DNA from: an uncultured Clostridia bacterium
Lineage (GTDB): Bacteria; Bacillota; Clostridia; TANB77; CAG-508
Reading direction: 5' to 3'
Assembly (NCBI GenBank): GCA_947628735.1
Contig: CANRAY010000005.1
Location: 7,652 to 71,651, forward strand
DNA: 64,000 nucleotides
The translations under genes were made by a program, and so were the position numbers. Under the pieces are notes generated by a model, which worked only from the letters and a program-made list of their open reading frames with translations, was not told the DNA's origin and did not search any database. Below, in pieces: positions 19,598 through 30,279 of the stretch (position 1 is the stretch's first letter; every line of letters begins with the position of its first letter).

Positions 19598-20143
19598 ATG
19601 TTTGTTTTTAATATGAAATTAGATGGACATAGAGTATCTAAAATTTTTATGGGAATTCTTTGTGTTATTATTTTGATAATTACTATAGTGATTTGTTATC
19701 AGCTTTTATTTTGTCCTTTATTTAAAACTAATGATACCTTTAAAGAAGATGGTATTTTTGAAATAAATAGTCAAAATTATACAAATGTTTTACAAAATGT
19801 TCATCGACATATTGATAATTATGTAGGACAAAAAATTAAATTTTCTGGATATGTATATCGATTATATGATTTTGGTGAAGATCAATTTGTTTTAGCACGT
19901 AATATGATTATTTCTTCTGATTTTCAAAGTGTTGTTGTTGGATTTTTATGTCATTCTACAGAAATTAAAAATTATCCTGATGACACTTGGGTTGAGATTC
20001 AGGGAACTATTACAAAAGGAAATTATAAAGGTGAAATTCCTATTATAGAAATTGAAGAAATTAAAGAAATAGATGCTCCTAATGAAGATGAATATGTATA
20101 TCCACCAGATGATACTTTTATTACTACTTCTACTGTTTTATAG
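19598..20143 (+). CDS. Hypothetical membrane protein (possibly DUF1980/TIGR03943-like C-terminal domain)
   Basis: 181 aa. RBS AAAGAGG, N-terminal TM, OB-like tail WVEIQGTI...GEIPIIEIEEI. Confidence 0.45.
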   Translation: MFVFNMKLDGHRVSKIFMGILCVIILIITIVICYQLLFCPLFKTNDTFKEDGIFEINSQNYTNVLQNVHRHIDNYVGQKIKFSGYVYRLYDFGEDQFVLARNMIISSDFQSVVVGFLCHSTEIKNYPDDTWVEIQGTITKGNYKGEIPIIEIEEIKEIDAPNEDEYVYPPDDTFITTSTVL

Positions 20144-20146
20144 TTT

Positions 20147-20184
20147 AAAAATAGAAGATATGAAATTACATATCTTCTATTTTG
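20147..20184. terminator. Bidirectional terminator between convergent genes
   Basis: 12-bp perfect stem atagaagatatg/catatcttctat, loop aaatta, flanked by A4 and T4. Confidence 0.8.
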
Positions 20185-20187
20185 CTA

Positions 20188-21282
20188 TCATCTTTCAAAA
20201 ATAGATTTTACAATTCCTTTATCGATTAAAGTTCCATAAAAATTTTTTAGTATTATTAAAATAATTGGTCCAATTAGTAGTCCTACAATACCTACGAATT
20301 TAAATCCAGTATACATTGCTATTAAAGTAAAAATAGGATGAATACCTATTTGTCCACTTACAATTCTTGGCTCTATAAATTGTCTTACTACTGACATAAT
20401 TATCCATAAAACGAATATGGCAATTGCTAGTGTGATATCTCCCATAAATCCAAGAAAAATTGCCCATGGAATCATTACTGTACCTGAGCCAAATATAGGT
20501 AAGGCATCGATAAAACCAATTAGTAAAGCTGCAAGTAATGGAAATTCAACATTCCATCCTATAAAATGAAAAATATATAAACCAATTAAAGAAATTATAA
20601 AAGATATAAGAACTAAAATGGCTTCTGCTTTTAAATATCCACCTAAAGTTTTAATTAAACCTCTTAGATGTATACCGATTTTCTTGACCCATGTTTCTGG
20701 TAAATGATGTTCTAATTGATCTAACATATATATTTTATCTACACAAATAAAGTAAAGTGCTAAAAATGTAATTACTATATAGATTCCTATTGTCGGGATG
20801 GATGTGATAAATTCTATAGTACTTGTTAAAAAGTTTTTGGCCCAGTTAGTTAATGTTCCTAGAAAATCAATTGTAGAATTTTGAATGACATTCATAACAT
20901 TTTCAGGAATTTGTATTTTACTAAAATCAATTGAATGTATAATATCTTCTACAATTTTATAGCCTCTGTCTACATAGACATTTAAATTTGATAAAATATC
21001 TGATGTTTCTGAAACAAGTGTTGCTATCCCCCACACTAAAAATCCTACAATACCTGAGATGGCTATTATAAATACAATAATAGAACTTGTTTTTCTTTTT
21101 AATTTTGTTTTTTTCATAATCCATTTTATGATAGGTTCTAATATTAATGAAATAATGAAAGCAATCAAAAATGGCATAAAAAAAATTGCTAATTTAAATC
21201 CTAAATAAATGACTAATATACTTAATGCTAGTGCAATTATATTTCTAAAAACTTTACCCCAATAGTTCATATCAATAATCAT
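20188..21282 (-). CDS. AI-2E family transporter (YtvI-like integral membrane protein)
   Basis: 364 aa. About 8 TM helices; the LPIFGSGTVMIPW region is typical of PF01594. Confidence 0.7.
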   Translation of the reverse strand: MIIDMNYWGKVFRNIIALALSILVIYLGFKLAIFFMPFLIAFIISLILEPIIKWIMKKTKLKRKTSSIIVFIIAISGIVGFLVWGIATLVSETSDILSNLNVYVDRGYKIVEDIIHSIDFSKIQIPENVMNVIQNSTIDFLGTLTNWAKNFLTSTIEFITSIPTIGIYIVITFLALYFICVDKIYMLDQLEHHLPETWVKKIGIHLRGLIKTLGGYLKAEAILVLISFIISLIGLYIFHFIGWNVEFPLLAALLIGFIDALPIFGSGTVMIPWAIFLGFMGDITLAIAIFVLWIIMSVVRQFIEPRIVSGQIGIHPIFTLIAMYTGFKFVGIVGLLIGPIILIILKNFYGTLIDKGIVKSIFER

Positions 21283-21382
21283 CTTATGTACCTTCTTTCT
21301 TTTATATCTTGTCCTTTTATAGTATATTTAGCTAAGCAACAATTAATGATAAATATTTTCATTAACTGTTGCTTATTTACTA

Positions 21383-21820
21383 TTATTCAGCGTTAGTTTT
21401 GTCACATCCACATATATTTTCTAAAGTACATCCGACACTCTCTGAATTTACACTTTTATTTGCAGCTAAATCTCCTAATGTTAAAATTCCAATAACTTTA
21501 TTATTTTCTATTACTGGTAGTCTTCTTATTTGCTTTTCAGACATTAGTTTTTCTGCTTCTGCTATATCAGTTTCAGCTTCACAACAACATACTTTACATG
21601 TCATAATGTCACTTACTGTAGTGTTTTTGTAATCTTTATTACATCCTATTGTTCTTAATAAAATATCTCTATCTGTTACTAATCCCACGATTTGTTTTTC
21701 GTTATTGCAAACAGGAACACACCCAATGTGATTATTACACATTAATCTTGCACATTCTTCAATTGAACAGTTAGGATTAACATATGCTATTTCATTACAC
21801 ATACAATCTTTTACTTTCAT
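21383..21820 (-). CDS. CBS-pair domain protein
   Basis: 145 aa. Two CBS repeats (VGLVTDRDIL, IGILTLGDLA) and Cys-rich ends. Confidence 0.8.
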   Translation of the reverse strand: MKVKDCMCNEIAYVNPNCSIEECARLMCNNHIGCVPVCNNEKQIVGLVTDRDILLRTIGCNKDYKNTTVSDIMTCKVCCCEAETDIAEAEKLMSEKQIRRLPVIENNKVIGILTLGDLAANKSVNSESVGCTLENICGCDKTNAE

Positions 21821-21892
21821 AAAAAATTACCGCCTTTCTAGTGAGTAATTAAATTTTATTTTAAAATTTAATTATATTGATATTGTTTACGA

Positions 21893-21929
21893 AAAAATAA
21901 AAGATATACAAATTAAAATTGTATATCTT
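21893..21929 (-). terminator. Intrinsic terminator after the 197-aa gene
   Basis: 10-bp stem aagatataca/tgtatatctt plus a T-tract on the minus strand. Confidence 0.7.
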
Positions 21930-21943
21930 GGAAAATTTTTCAT

Positions 21944-22537
21944 TTAAAAATTATAATATCCCCTATCTTCCCTTGGTCTTGGTGGTTGTGGTGGATAAGG
22001 CTGATATGGAGGATATGGATGAGGTCTATTAGGTCTATTTCCTCCTAGTAGTTGATTTAAAATTAAAATTTTAATTAAATCTTGTAATGTTGGATTTCTT
22101 CTAATAGATCTATCTTCTACTTCCTTTTGATTAGATGTTTTTATATCTGTCTTATTTAAGGAATTTGTTCGATTACTAGAAACTGCTTTGGCTGATTTAT
22201 TATTGTCTGCTTTTTCATTTGGTAGATTTACACGTACATTAATAACTGTGTTTATTTCTGGAGAATTTTCTATATTAAGATATATTTCTTCAGTCATTTG
22301 TTCTAGAAGTTCTCGTGTAATTGGTTTTGTATTAGACTCGCACATTTTACATACCATAGGATTTAATAGCTTGTATATTTCTGGATATAGTTCCATAATT
22401 TCTTCACTATAACGTGTTGAAACAGGATATGCTGGATGTTCATATGGCATAGTATTATAATTTTCATATGTATTTTGACGTTCAATTGGGTAGCCTAGTA
22501 CACTTCTCATATAGTCTTCATAATTTTGATAATACAT
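21944..22537 (-). CDS. Hypothetical protein with Pro/Tyr-rich tail
   Basis: 197 aa. Ends NRPNRPHPYPPYQPYPPQPPRPREDRGYYNF. Function not recognised. Confidence 0.5.
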   Translation of the reverse strand: MYYQNYEDYMRSVLGYPIERQNTYENYNTMPYEHPAYPVSTRYSEEIMELYPEIYKLLNPMVCKMCESNTKPITRELLEQMTEEIYLNIENSPEINTVINVRVNLPNEKADNNKSAKAVSSNRTNSLNKTDIKTSNQKEVEDRSIRRNPTLQDLIKILILNQLLGGNRPNRPHPYPPYQPYPPQPPRPREDRGYYNF

Positions 22538-22596
22538 ATTTTACCTCCTATATATTTTTCTATCTTATTATATGCAGGAAGTAAAATTCTGTGATT

Positions 22597-24012
22597 TTAT
22601 TTAATTGAATTTACTAATTCTTTAAACTTATTTCCACGCTCTTCAAAATTTTTAAATGCATCAAAACTAGCACTTGCTGGTGATAATAGGATTACATCTC
22701 CTATTTTTGATTTATCATTTGCTAGATTTACAGCTTCTGCTAAATCTTTACAGTGGAAAATTTCAATAGATTTATTGTTTAAAGCTTTTCTTGTTGCAGT
22801 TTCTATTTTTTCAGAAGTAGGCCCTGTTAATATAAGTGTTCCTACCTTTTCTGCTATAACTGTTCCTATTTCTGTGTAGTCTAATCCTTTATCTGATCCA
22901 CCTGCTAGTAAAATAATATTTTCATCAAATGCTTTTAAGCCTGCTATTGTACTTGCAGGGCTTGTTCCGATGGAATCATTATACCATTTGGCTCCATTAA
23001 TTTCTTTCACAAATTCTAACCTGTGTTCTACGCCATTAAAATTTTTGATGGCTTTTATTTGTGTATCAGTATCAACTAAAGGACTAGTTGCAGCTAGTGC
23101 AGCACAAATATTTTCGTAGTTATGTATTCCTCGTAACTTGATGTCTTCTTTTTTTAATATATGTCTACGTACATCATCTTTACAATATTTTATAATTTCA
23201 TCAGAAGAATCATAGATAAATCCATTTTTTAATTTTTCTTTACTACTAAAGAAAATAACTTCACCATTTGCTTCTCTAGCAAATTCACGTGTGAATTCAT
23301 TATCGTAATTCAATACAGTAATTCCTTTAGCATCCTGATATTTGAATATATTTTTCTTAGTTTCTCTATATTCCTCGTAACTTTTATGTACATTTAAATG
23401 ATCGGGATAAATATTTGTAACAACTGATATTGATGGACTAATATCAACATTCATTAATTGAAAGCTACTTAATTCTAAAATGATTATATCTTCAGGAGAC
23501 ATATCTTTTATTTGTGTAAAAATAGGTTTTCCTATATTGCCTCCTAGAAAACATTTTTTACCTGAAGTTTTTATGATTTCATATATTAGTGAGGTTGTTG
23601 TCGTCTTTCCTTCTGTTCCTGTGATTCCTATTATTTTTCCAGGACATAATTTTAATACTAGTTCAATTTCAGAGGTTAAAACAGCTCCTCTTTCTACTTC
23701 TGCTACAATTTGTTCTGTATCTGGTCTACAACTTGGCGATCTGAATATAATATCAAAACCATTTAAAGAATTTAGTGAATCCGGACCTGTTATAATTTTA
23801 TAATTATAGCTATTTATTTTTTGCAATGCTTCTTCATTTATTTGTTGTAATTCTCTTTGGTCAAAAACAGTTACATCTATATTTCTTTCATGAAAATAAT
23901 CTAATAATGGAATATTGCTAACTCCCATTCCTATAATTGCTACTTTTTTTCCTATAATAAAGTTTTCAAATTCTTCTAATTTTTTATTTTCCAATTTTGT
24001 TTCCCCTTTCAT
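22597..24012 (-). CDS. murD: UDP-N-acetylmuramoylalanine--D-glutamate ligase
   Basis: 471 aa. GITGTEGKTTT P-loop and Mur ligase middle and C-terminal domains. Confidence 0.9.
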   Translation of the reverse strand: MKGETKLENKKLEEFENFIIGKKVAIIGMGVSNIPLLDYFHERNIDVTVFDQRELQQINEEALQKINSYNYKIITGPDSLNSLNGFDIIFRSPSCRPDTEQIVAEVERGAVLTSEIELVLKLCPGKIIGITGTEGKTTTTSLIYEIIKTSGKKCFLGGNIGKPIFTQIKDMSPEDIIILELSSFQLMNVDISPSISVVTNIYPDHLNVHKSYEEYRETKKNIFKYQDAKGITVLNYDNEFTREFAREANGEVIFFSSKEKLKNGFIYDSSDEIIKYCKDDVRRHILKKEDIKLRGIHNYENICAALAATSPLVDTDTQIKAIKNFNGVEHRLEFVKEINGAKWYNDSIGTSPASTIAGLKAFDENIILLAGGSDKGLDYTEIGTVIAEKVGTLILTGPTSEKIETATRKALNNKSIEIFHCKDLAEAVNLANDKSKIGDVILLSPASASFDAFKNFEERGNKFKELVNSIK

Positions 24013-24016
24013 AGCA

Positions 24017-24706
24017 TTATTTTGCTATGTATTGTAATACTTTATCTGCTGATTCCTTTGCATTTTTACAATTTGTTACATCTACTTCTATTGTTCTATC
24101 ATATTTTTTATAATATCCTGCTGCTTCTTGAAGTTTATCACGCTCAATAATATTTGTTTTGATTTGTTCATAATCAGCATTTTCTTTATATTGTATGCTT
24201 TTTCTTCTAATTCGTTCTTCTAATGAAGCGGTAATTAAAAAATGATAATCTAATTCTGGGTAAATATTCATTAAATCTCTGCCTGATACAATAACATTGA
24301 ATTTATCTTTATATAAATCAATGATGCTTTTTCCAAAAGAATATAAATTGGCATTGTTAGCAGATTTTCCTGCTATTGAAACTGCTAATGAAGCATCTTT
24401 AGATTGTAATTCTTCTTCATCAATTTTTTTATCTTTTACATATACAACAGTTTCTCTATTTTCTATTTCAAATCTTACTTGTAATTTATCCATTATTTGT
24501 TTTACATCAATGTTTTTTATATTTTCTGCTAAATTAGTAAGATTAATTTGATCCTTTTGTGCTTGCATTAATGCAAATACAATTGCTCTATATAAGTTTC
24601 CACCATGAAGTAAAATACTATTTGGTATTTGATTTAATAATTCTCTACATATAGATGTTTTTCCAGCACCTACATAACCTTCTATTCCTATGACAATATG
24701 GTTCAT
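24017..24706 (-). CDS. P-loop NMP-kinase-like protein (cytidylate kinase-like)
   Basis: 229 aa. IGIEGYVGAGKTS Walker A. Confidence 0.5.
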   Translation of the reverse strand: MNHIVIGIEGYVGAGKTSICRELLNQIPNSILLHGGNLYRAIVFALMQAQKDQINLTNLAENIKNIDVKQIMDKLQVRFEIENRETVVYVKDKKIDEEELQSKDASLAVSIAGKSANNANLYSFGKSIIDLYKDKFNVIVSGRDLMNIYPELDYHFLITASLEERIRRKSIQYKENADYEQIKTNIIERDKLQEAAGYYKKYDRTIEVDVTNCKNAKESADKVLQYIAK

Positions 24707-24723
24707 ATTTTTCCTCTTTCTTT

Positions 24724-25782
24724 TTAAAATTTAAAATCTAGGTAAGCATATTTAGGAGTTTCATATGTTAAAAATTCATTTATTGTTTGATTTGCGATTG
24801 GTGATAATTGATTAATTCTTGTATATGTATTGTTTTCTTTTACAAGTGGTATAATATATCTTTGTTTTGTTTTAAATCCTATACAATATTTATCTTCTAC
24901 TGGAAAGTCACTTTCACCTATTTTTTCTGTTTGTCTAAATTGTTTAAAGCAGTTTGAAATTCGTTCATCCTTACAGTTTTCTATTTTTTTGATAACTTCA
25001 TTTTCTGATAAAGTATATAAATCTTTTTGTGTTAAAAAATTTTTATATGACATTTCTTTTACAATGTCAGCAACAAATTGCATAACAAGTTTATCTTCAT
25101 TTGATACCCAACACTTCCATAATTTACTAGCACCATTTATAAATTTTTCTGCTACTTTGATATTGTTAAAACCTAATTCTTCAATTCCTTCTTCATTTTT
25201 TTGTATTTCTACACATTTATATATTTCTTCAACATCTTCTAATGTCCAAATGATATCAGAATCTTGTCTAAAATACATACCTTCTGCTAATGTATATTCT
25301 AGTCTATCTGCTGATAATTTTGGAGTATCATTATCTGCAATTGGATATATATGATAATCTCTTACTTCTTCTATTTGGATATTGTCACGTTTTAAAAGAT
25401 TCATAATTTCATTTGAATCAGTTATCATTTTTTCGGTTAAATTTTCTGTTACTTCTTGTGTTAAATAGTCTCCATACATAGCATCAATACAATGTTTAAA
25501 AACAGGTGTTGAGATATCATGAAATAATCCAGCTAAAGTTTGTTTTTTATCATGGGTAAAATTCCATATGATTAAAGCTACTCCAATGCTATGATCTAAA
25601 TTTGAATAAAAAAATTTATGATTAAAAATATGTGTATATTCTGTTCCACAATTACATCCAATTTTACCAATTCTTTGCATGGCATCTGTTTGAATATAAT
25701 CATATAAAAATTCTGGAAATTCATCACATAAAATTTTGTAATATTTTTCAATAATTGGATTTTGACAAATGTATGATTGCAT
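24724..25782 (-). CDS. HD-domain phosphohydrolase family protein
   Basis: 352 aa. HSIGVA...LFHDISTPVFKH metal-binding pattern. Confidence 0.6.
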   Translation of the reverse strand: MQSYICQNPIIEKYYKILCDEFPEFLYDYIQTDAMQRIGKIGCNCGTEYTHIFNHKFFYSNLDHSIGVALIIWNFTHDKKQTLAGLFHDISTPVFKHCIDAMYGDYLTQEVTENLTEKMITDSNEIMNLLKRDNIQIEEVRDYHIYPIADNDTPKLSADRLEYTLAEGMYFRQDSDIIWTLEDVEEIYKCVEIQKNEEGIEELGFNNIKVAEKFINGASKLWKCWVSNEDKLVMQFVADIVKEMSYKNFLTQKDLYTLSENEVIKKIENCKDERISNCFKQFRQTEKIGESDFPVEDKYCIGFKTKQRYIIPLVKENNTYTRINQLSPIANQTINEFLTYETPKYAYLDFKF

Positions 25783-25914
25783 AAAAATAGTACTCCTTTT
25801 TATTTAATTTACGAATGCATTTTATCATATTTATTAAGAAATCTCAACTTAGCTGAATATTTTTCATATAAATGGTTACAATATTATTGTAATTTTAGAT
25901 TGGAGGTGCTTTTT

Positions 25915-26025
25915 ATGTCAGAAAATAAAAATAATAACCAAAATAAACAAAATAAGAATAATAATAACAACAACAATAATAACAATAATAAAAATGAAAG
26001 AGAAAATAATAGCAACTGTAACTAG
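25915..26025 (+). CDS. 36-codon Asn/Lys-rich micro-ORF
   Basis: GGAGGTG lies 6 nt before ATG 25915. Reads MSENKNNNQNKQNKNNNNNNNNNNNKNERENNSNCN. A terminator follows immediately. The 82-aa ORF-track entry from 25777 overlaps the divergent gene start and is unlikely. Confidence 0.4.
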   Translation: MSENKNNNQNKQNKNNNNNNNNNNNKNERENNSNCN

Positions 26026-26040
26026 TTAAAATTGCATTAG

Positions 26041-26090
26041 ATAAAAAATAGTAGTGTTTCTTTTATTTTAAGAAATACTACTATTTTTCT
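26041..26090. terminator. Bidirectional terminator
   Basis: 15-bp stem aatagtagtgtttct/agaaatactactatt (one G-U), A-run before and T-run after. Confidence 0.75.
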
Positions 26091-26094
26091 ATTA

Positions 26095-26925
26095 TTATCT
26101 TTCATTATTTTCTTTTTCGGGTATAGTTCTTTTGATTAATGATTGAGTTTTTTCTTCCTCAAATAACCTAGTTGTAGGATTGAACATATAAGTAAATGAA
26201 TTATTTTGAGTTCTTAATATAATTGAAATATTTTCTTTTGCACTATAATTTGTTTTGGTACTACAAAATGTTGTTGTTGAATCAGGAAGACAGTATCGTA
26301 TATATTTTTGATATATGTATACTATTTCATTATTTCCAGGTTTTTTTATATCGCCAAATCTATATAAATTTTGTAGTACAATATCTAATTTTTGTTTATC
26401 ATTTAATGAATTAGCATCTTTTAAAGTATCTCTTACTATGTACCAATAATCATCTGAATATCCTCGTTCTTTTGATATATATCCCAGTTTTAAATCTTCT
26501 TCCTTTAATTCTTGTTCAGAAATTGTATCGCTTCCAAAATATTGAGTTTTACATCTAAACTGTATATTTTTTAAATCATTAGTAAGATCGGCTATATGTT
26601 TACAATCATTTTCGTCATAAAAAACAACAAAATAATGAGCACCATTTTCTTCAGTGGCTAAATTATTTTTAATTCCGCTTAGCGTTAATAATTTAGAATA
26701 TTGTTGTGTTAATGTTTTACAGATAATAATGTTGGGATTTGTATATGTTTTTTGAGAATATTCTAGCATTGATTCTTCTTCACCAAACATATAATATTTA
26801 TATCTTGTATCATAAAAACTTCTTTTACCTAGTTCTAAGTATAAGTATCTTGCTTTTGAAATCACTGTATCAGCATTTGCTGGAATCGATATTACAAAAT
26901 CTTCTAATGTTTTTATTTCTTGCAT
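26095..26925 (-). CDS. Hypothetical protein
   Basis: 276 aa. No confident motif; the Cys...His...Asp spacing weakly suggests a transglutaminase-like fold. Confidence 0.5.
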   Translation of the reverse strand: MQEIKTLEDFVISIPANADTVISKARYLYLELGKRSFYDTRYKYYMFGEEESMLEYSQKTYTNPNIIICKTLTQQYSKLLTLSGIKNNLATEENGAHYFVVFYDENDCKHIADLTNDLKNIQFRCKTQYFGSDTISEQELKEEDLKLGYISKERGYSDDYWYIVRDTLKDANSLNDKQKLDIVLQNLYRFGDIKKPGNNEIVYIYQKYIRYCLPDSTTTFCSTKTNYSAKENISIILRTQNNSFTYMFNPTTRLFEEEKTQSLIKRTIPEKENNER

Positions 26926-26934
26926 TGTAAACCT

Positions 26935-29760
26935 CTATTTTTCTAAATACTTCTTTAGAAATTTTCCTGTGTAGCTTCTTTCGTTTTTTACAATTTGTTC
27001 TGGAGTTCCAATAGCAATTACCTGACCTCCATTATCTCCTCCTTCTGGTCCTAAGTCTATAATATGGTCAGCTGTTTTAATTAAATCTAAATTATGTTCA
27101 ATAACAATAATAGTGTTTCCTGTATCTACTAATCTTTGTAAAATATCTACTAATCTATGAACGTCAGCAATATGTAGTCCTGTAGTTGGCTCGTCTAAAA
27201 TATATAATGTTTTTCCTGTGGCTTTTTTAGATAATTCTGTTGCTAGTTTTATACGTTGAGCTTCTCCTCCTGATAATGTTGTTGATGGTTGTCCTAATTT
27301 AATATATCCTAATCCTACATCATATAGAGTTTGAATTTTTTGTTTAGCTCTTGGGATATTACTAAAGAACTCTAATGCTTCTTCAACTGTCATATCTAAT
27401 ACATCTGCAATAGTTTTGCCTTTGTATTTTACTTCTAATGTTTCTTTATTATATCTTTTACCTTTACATACTTCGCAAGGTACATAGATATCTGGAAGGA
27501 AATGCATTTCAATTCTTAAAATACCATCACCATTACAAGCTTCACAACGTCCTCCTGGTACATTGAAACTAAATCTACCTTTGTCATATCCTCTCATTTT
27601 TGCTTCATTTGTTGTTGAAAATAAATCACGAATGACATCAAAAAGTCCTGTATAGGTTGCTGGATTTGAACGTGGAGTTCTTCCAATTGGTGATTGATCT
27701 ATATTAATAATTTTATCAATATTTTCAATGCCTTTTATTTCTTTACATTTACCTGGCTTTTCTTTAGAATCATTTAATTCTTTTGCAATTGTTTTATATA
27801 ATATTTCATTAACAAGTGTACTCTTTCCAGAGCCTGATACTCCAGTTACGCAAATAAATTGTCCAAGTGGAAATTTTACGCTAATATCTTTTAAATTGTG
27901 TTCACTTGCACCCTTTACTTCTATTGATTTTCCATTTGACTTTCTTCTTTTTTTAGGAACAGGAATTTGTTTTCTTCTACTTAAGTATTGACCAGTTATA
28001 GAATCTAATACAAGTTTTACTTCTTCAGCTGTTCCTTGTGCCATCACCTTTCCACCGTGAACTCCAGCTCCAGGACCAATGTCAATAATTTGGTCGGCTG
28101 CAAGCATTGTATCTTCATCATGTTCTACAACTAATACAGTGTTTCCTAAATCTCTTAGTTTCTTTAAAGTTCCTAATAATTTATCATTATCTCTTTGATG
28201 CAAACCTATACTTGGTTCATCTAAAATATATAATACTCCTGTTAATCCAGAACCAATTTGAGTGGCTAAACGAATACGCTGAGCTTCTCCTCCTGATAAT
28301 GTTCCTGCACTTCTTGATAATGTTAAATATTCTAATCCTACATCCATTAAAAATTGTAATCGTTTATTTAATTCTTTTAAGATTTGTTCTGCAATTATTG
28401 AATCTTTGTTATTTAATTTTAAATTGTTTAAATAATCTTTTATTTTATCTATAGACATAGCTGTTAATTCATTGATATTTTTATCCCCTACTTTAACTGC
28501 TAATACTTCTTTTTTTAATCTTGCACCCTTACATTCTGGACATTCACTTTCACTCATATACCATTCATAAAAGTCTCTCATTCCTTGAGATTTGGTTTCA
28601 TTATGTCTTCTTTCTAATGTTGGAATAACTCCTTCAAATGGTGCTGTGAATTTTCTAACACCTGCAATTGAAGAATATTCAAAATCGATTTTTTCATCTC
28701 CTGTGCCATATAATATTTTGTCTAAAAAGTCTTTTGGTAGTTTCTTTATTGGAACAGAAATGTCTACACCATAATGTCTTCCGATACTTTCAAAGTACAT
28801 TTTTGCCATGGTGTCTCCCCTCTTCATTGTACTTGCACCGAAAGCTTTTACTCCATCATATAATGTTTTATTTTTGTCTGGAATAATTAAATCTGGATCC
28901 ATTTTCATTAGATATCCAATACCTGTACAACTTGGACATGCACCAAAGGGATTATTAAAAGAAAACATACTAGGTGTTAATTCTTCGAAGCTAATATTAC
29001 AATCTGGACAAGCATAGTTTTGACTATATAGTTTACTTCCCTTTCCAGGAATATCTACCATGACTAAATTATTTGCATGTTTTAATGCTGTTTCTATTGA
29101 TTCTGCTAACCTAGCTCTAACATTTTCTTTAATAACTAATCTATCAACTATAATTTCTATATTATGTTTTTTCTTTTTATCGATCTGAATTTCATCAGAC
29201 AAATCTATTGTTTCTCCATCTATTCTAGCACGTACAAATCCTTCTTTTTGAAATCCTTCTAATTGTTTTGTAAATTCACCTTTTCTTCCACGCACAATAG
29301 GAGCAAGAATTTGTATTCTTGTTCCCTCTTCTAATTCCATAACATTATCTACAATTTGATCTATTGTTTGTTTTTCTATTTTTTTACCACAATTAGGACA
29401 GTATGGAACTCCTACACGAGCATATAATAAACGAATATAGTCATATATTTCTGTAACAGTTCCTACAGTTGAACGAGGATTTTTTGAAGTTGTTTTTTGA
29501 TCAATTGAAATTGCTGGAGAAAGTCCCTCAATTAATTCTACATCAGGCTTTTCCATTAATCCTAAAAATTGCCTTGCATAAGAAGATAAACTTTCTACAT
29601 ATCTTCTTTGACCTTCTGCATAAATTGTATCAAACGCTAAAGAAGATTTACCAGAACCTGATAATCCTGTAATTACTACTAGTTTATCGCGAGGTATTTC
29701 TATATTAATATTTTTTAAATTGTGCTCTTTTGCACCTTTTATTACTATTTTATCATTCAT
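26935..29760 (-). CDS. uvrA: Excinuclease ABC subunit A
   Basis: 941 aa. Two ABC ATPase modules ([36 protein letters not shown]), LSGGEAQR signatures and zinc-finger cysteines. Confidence 0.97.
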   Translation of the reverse strand: MNDKIVIKGAKEHNLKNINIEIPRDKLVVITGLSGSGKSSLAFDTIYAEGQRRYVESLSSYARQFLGLMEKPDVELIEGLSPAISIDQKTTSKNPRSTVGTVTEIYDYIRLLYARVGVPYCPNCGKKIEKQTIDQIVDNVMELEEGTRIQILAPIVRGRKGEFTKQLEGFQKEGFVRARIDGETIDLSDEIQIDKKKKHNIEIIVDRLVIKENVRARLAESIETALKHANNLVMVDIPGKGSKLYSQNYACPDCNISFEELTPSMFSFNNPFGACPSCTGIGYLMKMDPDLIIPDKNKTLYDGVKAFGASTMKRGDTMAKMYFESIGRHYGVDISVPIKKLPKDFLDKILYGTGDEKIDFEYSSIAGVRKFTAPFEGVIPTLERRHNETKSQGMRDFYEWYMSESECPECKGARLKKEVLAVKVGDKNINELTAMSIDKIKDYLNNLKLNNKDSIIAEQILKELNKRLQFLMDVGLEYLTLSRSAGTLSGGEAQRIRLATQIGSGLTGVLYILDEPSIGLHQRDNDKLLGTLKKLRDLGNTVLVVEHDEDTMLAADQIIDIGPGAGVHGGKVMAQGTAEEVKLVLDSITGQYLSRRKQIPVPKKRRKSNGKSIEVKGASEHNLKDISVKFPLGQFICVTGVSGSGKSTLVNEILYKTIAKELNDSKEKPGKCKEIKGIENIDKIINIDQSPIGRTPRSNPATYTGLFDVIRDLFSTTNEAKMRGYDKGRFSFNVPGGRCEACNGDGILRIEMHFLPDIYVPCEVCKGKRYNKETLEVKYKGKTIADVLDMTVEEALEFFSNIPRAKQKIQTLYDVGLGYIKLGQPSTTLSGGEAQRIKLATELSKKATGKTLYILDEPTTGLHIADVHRLVDILQRLVDTGNTIIVIEHNLDLIKTADHIIDLGPEGGDNGGQVIAIGTPEQIVKNERSYTGKFLKKYLEK

Positions 29761-29805
29761 TTATTTTCAACCCCTTTATGCAGCATATAAATTTATTGCT
29801 AGATG

Positions 29806-29834
29806 ATTATACTATATTTTCATATAAAAAACAA
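29806..29834 (-). promoter_or_regulatory. Candidate promoter for uvrA
   Basis: TTGTTT (29834..29829), 17-nt spacer, TATAAT (29811..29806), about 45 nt upstream of ATG 29760. Confidence 0.5.
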
Positions 29835-29862
29835 GAGTTTGGTGCTAATTTATAAATACGTA

Positions 29863-29891
29863 TTTACATAATTTGATATTTGTGATATAAT
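29863..29891 (+). promoter_or_regulatory. Near-consensus extended -10 promoter of GC-rich cassette 1
   Basis: TTTACA (29863..29868), 17-nt spacer, TGa-TATAAT (29886..29891). Confidence 0.6.
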
Positions 29892-29975
29892 TTTTCACTA
29901 GATGTATTTAAATGATTGATGTATAGTAGCATCAGTCGTGCATCTTGGATTAAACACAAAAGGAGGTACAGCAAA

Positions 29976-30272
29976 GTGGTAAGCAAAATGACAGTGTTGG
30001 ATCGGTTAGAGCTCTATGCCGAAGTTGGTGAGACTTCTGCTCCGCTTAAACTGTGGAAGAATCAGATTCTTCGACTGCGGAAAGATGGTTTTACCGTTGA
30101 GGAAGTTGCTCCTACTGGGCGTCACGCCGAGCGTTTCTGCACTATCGACTGGTCGCAGCCGACCATCCCCGAGAGTGTGGCAAACGAATTGCTGAAGATG
30201 AGCATCAACGCTCTCAACGGACGTGTCGATTCCAAGGATCGCGTTCCGACACCCTACAGTGTGAATCTTTAA
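29976..30272 (+). CDS. Compositionally foreign small protein of unknown function (cassette 1)
   Basis: AGGAGG at 29961..29966 lies 9 nt before GTG 29976; an in-frame ATG is at 29988. My hand count for 29988..30272 is 146/285 = 51% G+C. Uses CGG for Arg at 30003 and 30078. Product ...MTVLDRLELYAEVGETSAPLKLWKNQILRLRKDGFTVEEVAPTGRHAERFCTIDWSQP... is not recognised. Confidence 0.65.
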   Translation: MVSKMTVLDRLELYAEVGETSAPLKLWKNQILRLRKDGFTVEEVAPTGRHAERFCTIDWSQPTIPESVANELLKMSINALNGRVDSKDRVPTPYSVNL

Positions 30273-30279
30273 GTAAAAG

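Noticed and set aside
29916-29975. Upstream ATG (29916) giving a 118-aa version of the cassette 1 protein
   Set aside because: The extension lies in the AT-rich leader and has no SD. It would start only about 20 nt after the predicted transcription start. AGGAGG at 29961 points to GTG 29976 or ATG 29988.
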